Source: a virus
Reading direction: 5' to 3' (one strand)
Length of the DNA: 38,141 nucleotides
Virus record (IMG/VR): IMGVR_UViG_3300048904_000185
Span: 1 to 38,141 of that record
In this document: positions 32,554 through 38,141 of the stretch, one piece after another
Position numbering within the stretch: position 1 is the first letter of the stretch
Layout of the letters: the number at the start of each line of letters is the position of its first letter
Position numbers and translations under genes: made by a program
Notes under the pieces: generated by a model
What the model saw: the letters and a program-made list of their open reading frames with translations, nothing else
Told to the model about the DNA's origin: nothing
Databases searched by the model: none

Positions 32554-33147
32554 TTACCACTTCTTTGGCACGGTGTTTTTCGCAGCCGCGTCGCGTTTAG
32601 CTTTTTCTTCTGCGGTAGAGCCAAATGGCTCGTCTGGGTAGTCAGCCGCGTTCACTGGCTCACTATCGCTATGTTGTGGTAGCAACTCAGGGCGTTCTTT
32701 GGGTTGGAAGCCGAAGATATTTTTGTTGATACTTTTGCGAATTTGACCATCTTTACCAGTATAGGTACGGGTTGGGTCTGGGTAGACTGTGATCCAGGCT
32801 TCGCCACCGATAACCTTGTTAAGCAACATTGCCATCTCAGTCGTGTCTTTCAGCTCATCGAATGACTTGCGTGCATCATCCTTGGCAGACTCTGGGGCAT
32901 TGTGCACATAAATTGTACGCAGTGTGTTAAATGAGATGTTGTTACCCTGTGGTGTTGTGAACCAAAGACGAACCTTGTCGCTTTTTTCTTGGTTTTGTGG
33001 GTCAATTACGCCGACTTCGATAAACTCTTTGCCAGCTTCAGTGGTATCACCAAAAACGCCATCGATTTGCACTTTGTGTACACCAAACTCGAAATAGTTA
33101 TTATTAAATTCTTTCACTTCCTTGTCTTCATCTGTAAACTGTACCAT
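32554..33147 (-). CDS. putative ssDNA-binding protein (DUF669-like, by synteny with AAA_24)
   Basis: Track ORF 32554-33216. The ATG at 33147 has AAAGGAG 7 nt upstream and avoids overlap with 33159-33431. Acidic DYPDEPF near the C-terminus. The gene order (AAA_24 ATPase, small Zn-ribbon ORF 33159-33431, then this gene) approximates the order known from Firmicute phage recombination modules. Confidence 0.4.
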   Translation of the reverse strand: MVQFTDEDKEVKEFNNNYFEFGVHKVQIDGVFGDTTEAGKEFIEVGVIDPQNQEKSDKVRLWFTTPQGNNISFNTLRTIYVHNAPESAKDDARKSFDELKDTTEMAMLLNKVIGGEAWITVYPDPTRTYTGKDGQIRKSINKNIFGFQPKERPELLPQHSDSEPVNAADYPDEPFGSTAEEKAKRDAAAKNTVPKKW

Positions 33148-33158
33148 TTTATTCTCCT

Positions 33159-33431
33159 TTATAGATTTACTTTTCTTACGAGCCGCAATTGACCACGCAC
33201 CCGACAATTCAAACAATCGAGGTCTTTTATCTTCATATCAGCTGGTGCGAGACATGATGATACTACCATACAATTGTCGCAATAAGTGTAAAGGTGCCAG
33301 CGACTATTTTTAGCCTTCTCGTCAGCCTCCAGCTTCTTTTTCAGCTTCACATTGTTTGCTGCAAGGGTAGCTACCTCTTGCTCAAGCAATGTCGCTCGAA
33401 ATTTCCAGTCGGTGCGTTCCTTTGTAGCCAT
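33159..33431 (-). CDS. small coiled-coil + zinc-ribbon protein
   Basis: 90 aa. N-terminal heptad-like helix, then YCDNC...17 aa...DCLNC (CxxC...CxxC). Confidence 0.5.
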   Translation of the reverse strand: MATKERTDWKFRATLLEQEVATLAANNVKLKKKLEADEKAKNSRWHLYTYCDNCMVVSSCLAPADMKIKDLDCLNCRVRGQLRLVRKVNL

Positions 33432-34135
33432 TACTTTTTAACCGTCCCGAGCTTCGTCTTTCGTACTGGCAACTCCCAACCGGCTGCTCGCAAAAACTCT
33501 TCAATCGCACCGTACTCGACCTTACCAGCTGCGACTGTCCGCTTGCTAGCTACACGTGCCTGATAGCGCTCACCATCAAACGTCGTCACCATAATTGCAT
33601 CAGCGAACTTGGTGAAGTGACGAATTGATTTGACTTCGCTATCGAGCACAATGCTACCAGTTACGTCATCATTGCGTCGCTTGGTGTATGTTAGCACGAT
33701 GACATTTTTTGGCAACTGCCACAGCGTTTCCGAGAAATTGGCAATACGCTTATTGAACAGGCTTGTTAGACGGCCGTATGGCACGTCGTTGAGCGCGCTG
33801 ATAGCGTGTTCGGCTGTTGCGTTGTAACTATCGATCAACTCGCGTTCAAACATGTCAGCGAGGCCCTCAAGCGTATCGATAACCAACGTGTCATACTCTT
33901 TGGCTATTTCAAAGTACTCGATCACATCGCGTATCTGTTGTAAATTCTCAACATCGACTGCATCAAGACCAGCCTTGGCTGCATTGCCATCGAATGACAG
34001 GAACAGTGGACGTGGTGCTTTACTAGCAAGTGTTGTCTTACCTGTCATCGGATCACCCATGACCACAAACTTGCTTGGTGCTTGTGGTGAGGCTTTTTTA
34101 ATCATCGATTTTACGTCTGTCATAGTAATTACCAA
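33431..34135 (-). CDS. AAA_24 / Sak4-like RecA-fold ATPase
   Basis: 234 aa. Walker A VVMGDPMTGKTTLA, then PLFLSFDGN and TLVIDTLEGLADMF (Walker B-like), as in phage Sak4-type single-strand annealing ATPases. Confidence 0.75.
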   Translation of the reverse strand: MVITMTDVKSMIKKASPQAPSKFVVMGDPMTGKTTLASKAPRPLFLSFDGNAAKAGLDAVDVENLQQIRDVIEYFEIAKEYDTLVIDTLEGLADMFERELIDSYNATAEHAISALNDVPYGRLTSLFNKRIANFSETLWQLPKNVIVLTYTKRRNDDVTGSIVLDSEVKSIRHFTKFADAIMVTTFDGERYQARVASKRTVAAGKVEYGAIEEFLRAAGWELPVRKTKLGTVKK

Positions 34136-34596
34136 TTAATCCCTGGAAAGTTGTTACTCAGTTCTCTACGATCATCTTCATCCGTATCATCGTTCCAGTC
34201 AACAGGTACGCGAGCTGGAATAACTAGATTGCGACGCATTGCTTCACCCCGGATAGCCCTTGGCACAGCAGCCTTACGACGAATAATGTGCATCATAATA
34301 TTACTTAGATGTTCATCGTCAACTTGATGCAGCGCGAGCGTTTGACCAGCTGCAGTCCGCCATACGAAATCAAGTAACTCTTGATTTTCGCTCACAAGCT
34401 GTTTCAACTGATTTATACGGCCATCAAGTGAGGCAATTTCGTTTATCACATCAGCCAGCTGCTCAGCCGCTTCGTGATCGTAATCAGCGGTGCTGAGAAG
34501 TTTACCATACTTTTTAAAGTCAGGATGTTCGACAATAGTTGATACCTGTTTGTCAGTATTTGTATCGAGTACTTCTTTAGTTTGCTTCTTTACCAT
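34129..34596 (-). CDS. hypothetical protein
   Basis: 155 aa. Central coiled coil (INEIASLDGRINQLKQLVSENQELL). No assignable motif. Confidence 0.5.
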   Translation of the reverse strand: MVKKQTKEVLDTNTDKQVSTIVEHPDFKKYGKLLSTADYDHEAAEQLADVINEIASLDGRINQLKQLVSENQELLDFVWRTAAGQTLALHQVDDEHLSNIMMHIIRRKAAVPRAIRGEAMRRNLVIPARVPVDWNDDTDEDDRRELSNNFPGINW

Positions 34597-34765
34597 CAGT
34601 GTTCTCCTGTAAAATTGGGTTAGTATCCATGTAATTCCGTAGTGCTCGACGCTGTAACTCTGCGAGATCGATCTTTGCGCTTTGCGTATAGTTTGCTACT
34701 TCTTGTGCAAATTCTTCCTCGACCCGTACAGCTGCAAGCTGTTTTGTCTTGGCTATTTTTGCCAT
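34577..34765 (-). CDS. ribbon-helix-helix (CopG/Arc-like) DNA-binding protein (putative)
   Basis: 62 aa. KQLAAVRVEEEFAQEVANYTQSAKIDLAELQRRALRNYM fits a beta-strand/helix/helix RHH layout. RBS GGAGGG. Lies downstream of the internal promoter. Confidence 0.45.
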   Translation of the reverse strand: MAKIAKTKQLAAVRVEEEFAQEVANYTQSAKIDLAELQRRALRNYMDTNPILQENTDGKEAN

Positions 34766-34863
34766 TAGCTACCCTCCATTTCGTCTAGTTGTTTCATCTG
34801 TTGTTGCTGGACCCATTCCTCGTGGTCACGAGCCATTTGGTCCATCATCTCGTCTTCGTCCAT
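34765..34863 (-). CDS. possible 32-aa acidic micro-ORF (not in the ORF track)
   Basis: Hand translation: MDEDEMMDQMARDHEEWVQQQQMKQLDEMEGS. Its stop overlaps the RHH ATG (TAATG). Weak RBS. Confidence 0.25.
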   Translation of the reverse strand: MDEDEMMDQMARDHEEWVQQQQMKQLDEMEGS

Positions 34864-34889
34864 AAAGCTTTGCCTGTGCTTCTTCCTTG

Positions 34890-34917
34890 ATTGTAGCACA
34901 TTTGCAGTGCGTGACAA
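34890..34917 (-). promoter_or_regulatory. sigma-70/sigma-A-type internal promoter of the leftward arm
   Basis: Minus strand reads TTGTCA (34917-34912), a 16-nt spacer ending TGc, then TACAAT (34895-34890). This is an extended -10 context with AT-rich upstream sequence, located 20 nt after the SNF2 stop. Confidence 0.5.
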
Positions 34918-34937
34918 TCATTATTTTGATGTATTAT

Positions 34938-36257
34938 TTACCAACCCCTTTCTCGCTTCTCTTTCAACCACTGCGCCTCCTGGAAGTCAGTCTTGTTACG
35001 AATTGCTTCCCAGACATCACGCTCAAGTGTTGTTGGTGCGCATAGTAGGTAGAGTGTCAGTTTTTTGGTTTGACCGTTGCGATTTGTGCGTCCGATCGAT
35101 TGCTCGTAATTGGAATAACTGTAGGTGGGTGAGAAATATACTGTGGTAGCGGCGTATGTGAGTTCAATGCCCGTTGAACCTGATTGATACTGGGCGATGG
35201 TAATTGTACGCTGGAGAGTACCCCACGATTCCTTATTCGGCGTTTCATGTTTTTCGCCATCGATTCTAAATACCTTCCTTCCCCTGTGGGATTTCTTTAT
35301 CATCGTGAGTATCTCATCGCGCTCTGATTTGTAATTGTAAAAGATCACCACGTTGTCACTGACACCTTCGAGGAACTGATCGAGCCATGCTATCTTTGGC
35401 TTGGTGATCGATTGACGCAGGGCATGCATCAGCGCACTCGGGTTATCGATATACTTATCACCAAACAACCTATCTTTTTGGACACGTATGTAGTCAGGTC
35501 CAGCTGGTAATGGTACAGGCACAACAGTCAGTGGTGGCAGATCAAGTGCCTGCTCTTTACTGAGCGGCTTCGCAATGCTATTCCAGCGCTTCTGTAGTTC
35601 GCCCTCATTCCAGTAACCACGGATAATCGGCCAGCCACCATGCGTCTTCACCTCGTCTACATACCGCTTCCAAAACTCAGTCTTATTTTTAATCAAACCA
35701 AATATCTTAAAGTAGTTGGCTGCGTCCTGCCACGCGTTCGGCAGTGGTGTGGCCGATAGGCCAACAAAGAACGATGCCTGTTGACTGACGGTGAATACCG
35801 CCCGACCAATACCTGATTGCGGGTTTTTAGCTCGGTGCACCTCATCGGCAATAATCGCAAAGTCGCGAGTATGCTTATTGAGCCAGTCATGCCACACACC
35901 ACGACTCTTTGTCTCGCGATACTGTTTCAGACTCGTTGCTCGACTGAATTTCTCGTATGAGTAAATTTCGTACTCAGGTAGCAAGCGTCCGGCAAAATAT
36001 GCTTTCAGCTCGCGCTCCCAGTCACCCGTCACAATCTTACTGGCCGGTGCCAATATCAACAGTGGCTTGAGATATGCCTGGCGGTCATATTGCGCCAATG
36101 CCATATATGTCTTGCCTGTGCCAGTGTCAGCAGCGAAAATATGTTTGCTCCCGATACCCGCCAGGTATTTTTCCTGATAAGGATATAGCTCGACTTTCTG
36201 TGGGCGTGCAGCTTCCTCGGCGGCAATCTGCTTTTTAGTGACGGGTTTCATTCTCAC
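34938..36257 (-). CDS. SNF2/DEAD-like superfamily 2 helicase
   Basis: 439 aa. LYPYQEKYL, motif I AADTGTGKTYMAL, motif II IIADEVHRAKN, motif III LSATPL, motifs V/VI SGSTGIELT...YEQSIGRTNRNGQ. Confidence 0.85.
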   Translation of the reverse strand: MRMKPVTKKQIAAEEAARPQKVELYPYQEKYLAGIGSKHIFAADTGTGKTYMALAQYDRQAYLKPLLILAPASKIVTGDWERELKAYFAGRLLPEYEIYSYEKFSRATSLKQYRETKSRGVWHDWLNKHTRDFAIIADEVHRAKNPQSGIGRAVFTVSQQASFFVGLSATPLPNAWQDAANYFKIFGLIKNKTEFWKRYVDEVKTHGGWPIIRGYWNEGELQKRWNSIAKPLSKEQALDLPPLTVVPVPLPAGPDYIRVQKDRLFGDKYIDNPSALMHALRQSITKPKIAWLDQFLEGVSDNVVIFYNYKSERDEILTMIKKSHRGRKVFRIDGEKHETPNKESWGTLQRTITIAQYQSGSTGIELTYAATTVYFSPTYSYSNYEQSIGRTNRNGQTKKLTLYLLCAPTTLERDVWEAIRNKTDFQEAQWLKEKRERGW

Positions 36258-36468
36258 TTACCTCTTTGAGTCTATAGGTTGAAAAAACATCTTCGCGTTT
36301 ATATGGTCCAGCCATATGGTTCTTGTTTAGATCGAGAAAATATCCAAGACATTCCTCTCTGTGCTGCTCAACTATTTCTTTTGTTGGCTCACCTTTGATC
36401 TCCGCAATGTAGCGGGTTTTGTTGGGACTATCTTTGTGCTGATAGGTTAATTCGAGCCGATAGGTCAT
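36235..36468 (-). CDS. hypothetical protein (77 aa from the ATG at 36468)
   Basis: Track ORF 36235-36546. The ATG at 36468 (MTYRLELTY...) has AAGGAG 7 nt upstream. The longer N-terminus would overlap the small TM ORF in another frame. Confidence 0.5.
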   Translation of the reverse strand: MTYRLELTYQHKDSPNKTRYIAEIKGEPTKEIVEQHREECLGYFLDLNKNHMAGPYKREDVFSTYRLKEVSENETRH

Positions 36469-36472
36469 ATTA

Positions 36473-36652
36473 CTACTCCTTCGCTTTCTCTTCGTAATAC
36501 TGAGCCATTGCCCACAACACGTATGATAATACGAACGCTGCGACAAATGTCCAAAACCACGCGCGCCATGCGCCTAGCAGGTTGGCAATGATACCGACGA
36601 TGCTTACGTTTACGAGGTACATTGATATCTTGTAATATATTTTAGCTTTCAT
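36473..36652 (-). CDS. 59-aa two-helix membrane protein (just below the ORF-track size cut-off)
   Basis: Hand translation: MKAKIYYKISMYLVNVSIVGIIANLLGAWRAWFWTFVAAFVLSYVLWAMAQYYEEKAKE. The ATG overlaps the upstream stop (ATGA at 36649-36652). It fills an otherwise empty 180-nt gap. Confidence 0.5.
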   Translation of the reverse strand: MKAKIYYKISMYLVNVSIVGIIANLLGAWRAWFWTFVAAFVLSYVLWAMAQYYEEKAKE

Positions 36653-37350
36653 AGTTTCTCCTTTCTTGATAGTTTTATCATCAATCTACGTATCAGGTTT
36701 GGTTTTTCAAATAGTCTTGCGTCTTCTTTCCAGCGATCACGGGTTTTCTTATCGACCAGCTGCTCAAGGCGATATGTATCAAATGCTAACCTATCATTGT
36801 TTTCTTTAGGTTTAGATAACCGATAAGTGTCATGTTCTGGTACGTTGTTAATGGTTTTCATCAGTTTGCGTAGTCGCCACCATTTAATCGGATGGCGATA
36901 CCAGTTATAGTGTGGCCAGTGACCGGCTTCGTCGATGATGATTGTATCAGCCCCTATACCAAGATATTTTGCAACAGGCGGCTTGCTATCGAACAGCAGC
37001 TTTGATGCGATTGTCTCCTCTTCGTCACCAAAATCAAATTGCGTGCCATTGATCTTGTCCAACATCTCTCGTTGATAGGGGCTTGGCACTGGCAAATGTA
37101 CCGGCCCCATCGCCTCCACTGCATCCTGCACTAACTCGTCGAGATCATCGATTGTGTCCCAGTCACCACGTTCATTGGTGGAAAGGATATGGTAGCGACC
37201 GTTGGTTGGGTAGACATCGAGTGCGTTTTGAATACGGAATTGGTAGCCTTTGTTCAGTGTTTCAAGTGTCAAATTGTTTATCTGGCAATATTCAATTACA
37301 ATGTTTGTTCGCTTGATACGCCATCTTTCGCGTGCTTCTGAACTACTCAT
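36649..37350 (-). CDS. hypothetical protein
   Basis: 233 aa. Contains ADTIIIDEAGHW (Walker B-like) but no Walker A. Basic C-terminus. Unassigned. Confidence 0.5.
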   Translation of the reverse strand: MSSSEARERWRIKRTNIVIEYCQINNLTLETLNKGYQFRIQNALDVYPTNGRYHILSTNERGDWDTIDDLDELVQDAVEAMGPVHLPVPSPYQREMLDKINGTQFDFGDEEETIASKLLFDSKPPVAKYLGIGADTIIIDEAGHWPHYNWYRHPIKWWRLRKLMKTINNVPEHDTYRLSKPKENNDRLAFDTYRLEQLVDKKTRDRWKEDARLFEKPNLIRRLMIKLSRKEKL

Positions 37351-37675
37351 CGTTTGCCTCCTTACTTACGGTCTGGGATAACTGGGCGATACGGTTGCTC
37401 TGGTTATCAATAATCGTGCTGAATAGTCCCGCTCTGGTTGGTGGTGCAATATCTTGTAGCTCGATAATCGACTTCTTTGATAGCCATGCCTCATCTATTC
37501 TTTCCCGCCTCCCAAACTCTTTAGCGTAGGAGAGAGCAGTCTGCATAATAGCGTCATAGACGGGTTGTATTAACTCATCGTCTTCGTGGTCTTCATCGTC
37601 AGCGCCAATAATTTTTGCGGCGAGTACCCAAACCCTGTGTTCCAGTTCCTTACTATCTTTGGTATCGTGGGTCAT
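37343..37675 (-). CDS. hypothetical acidic early protein
   Basis: 110-aa ORF in a tight array with its neighbours. Asp/Glu-rich (GADDEDHEDDEL). Confidence 0.5.
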   Translation of the reverse strand: MTHDTKDSKELEHRVWVLAAKIIGADDEDHEDDELIQPVYDAIMQTALSYAKEFGRRERIDEAWLSKKSIIELQDIAPPTRAGLFSTIIDNQSNRIAQLSQTVSKEANDE

Positions 37676-37677
37676 GA

Positions 37678-37983
37678 CTACTTCTTCTCCAATCCTGCAC
37701 GTAGACGCTGCACAAACTTCTCAAGATTCACCCCTATGGCATATCTGTTAAACATGATTCTTTCCTCTGAAGTAACACTCTCGTCGTCTTCAGGTACGAG
37801 CTCAATGTCCTCACCGATTATTCGGTCTATCTCTTTGAGGATGGCGGCTTCTTCATCACCCATATGTTCATTGACCATTACAGATCTACTAGTACGGCAC
37901 TTCTTATCAAGGCACCATTCATCGTGGATGGTTTCAGCAGCATCTTCGAGTATCTCGTCCAGCCACTCCGTACGGTCATTCAT
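37678..37983 (-). CDS. hypothetical strongly acidic early protein
   Basis: 101 aa. By hand count about 27 Asp/Glu versus 14 Lys/Arg. Its start overlaps the stop of the junction ORF (ATGAATGA). Confidence 0.5.
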   Translation of the reverse strand: MNDRTEWLDEILEDAAETIHDEWCLDKKCRTSRSVMVNEHMGDEEAAILKEIDRIIGEDIELVPEDDESVTSEERIMFNRYAIGVNLEKFVQRLRAGLEKK

Positions 37984-38128
37984 TGTCTGCCTCTTTCTCT
38001 AAATGCAACTCGTATTTCTTACCATTGACAACGAACTCGCCATCAATCGACTCTCTCTTGCCTGCCTCCATCGCCCGCACCAGTATCTCTACGGCTTGTA
38101 CGACAATGCTGCCCTCTGCGTCATTCAT
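37976..38128 (-). CDS. 50-aa junction-spanning ORF (not in the ORF track)
   Basis: Hand translation: MNDAEGSIVVQAVEILVRAMEAGKRESIDGEFVVNGKKYELHLEKEADNE. RBS GAAGGGG 7 nt upstream. The first 114 nt lie inside the terminal repeat. Confidence 0.45.
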   Translation of the reverse strand: MNDAEGSIVVQAVEILVRAMEAGKRESIDGEFVVNGKKYELHLEKEADNE

Positions 38129-38141
38129 AACTTAACCCCTT
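38015..38141. repeat. Terminal direct repeat copy 2 (identical to 1-127)
   Basis: See copy 1. The match is exact over 127 nt. Confidence 0.95.

Noticed and set aside
1-38141. Lysogeny module or mobile-element features (integrase, repressor/Cro, attP, transposase)
   Set aside because: No ORF shows tyrosine or serine recombinase motifs, a CI-like HTH-peptidase, or a DDE transposase. The only long direct repeat is the 127-bp end overlap, which is explained by circular assembly.

Overview
The window is a complete, circularly closed dsDNA tailed-phage genome. Bases 1-127 recur exactly at 38015-38141, giving a unit length of 38,014 bp, and a small minus-strand ORF reads across the junction.

Layout:
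(1) 697-1788 is an ORF-poor control region of about 1.1 kb, packed with short repeat families, a G-run/hairpin/A-tract block and two 10-bp RNA-type stems.
(2) 1789-30199 is the rightward (+) arm. It carries a D5/P4-type SF3 helicase, a C2H2-type micro-ORF, a SAM methyltransferase and a VRR-NUC nuclease. Virion genes follow: a 1355-aa internal/ejection-type protein, tail tube/nozzle-like proteins, portal, scaffold-like protein, major capsid protein, a GT-A-like glycosyltransferase, collagen-like and repeat-rich fibres, and an SGNH esterase. The arm ends with a lysis cassette (Pal-type Amidase_5 + SH3b endolysin, then holin). The large terminase (18870-20240) sits alone on the opposite strand inside this arm.
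(3) 30239-30306 holds back-to-back terminators.
(4) The leftward (-) arm runs 38128 down to 30441, preceded across the junction by 696 down to about 111. It encodes small early proteins, an SNF2 helicase, an RHH regulator, an AAA_24/Sak4-like ATPase, a DUF669-like SSB candidate and a YqaJ exonuclease.

I found no integrase, repressor, DNA polymerase, tRNA, rRNA or CRISPR array. The gene order suggests a virulent, podovirus-like phage, and the lysin type suggests a host with a Gram-positive-type wall.

Most interesting leads:
- Thr-run tags on five virion/lysis proteins, together with a glycosyltransferase directly after a capsid gene that ends in TTTTT (candidate virion O-glycosylation system).
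- The repeat-dense non-coding hub at 697-1788.
- An 83-aa protein in the head module that resembles the N4 gp49/Sf6 gp66 (Acb2-like sponge) family.
- The inverted terminase gene.

All coordinates outside the ORF track were counted by hand. All homology statements come from reading motifs, not from searches.
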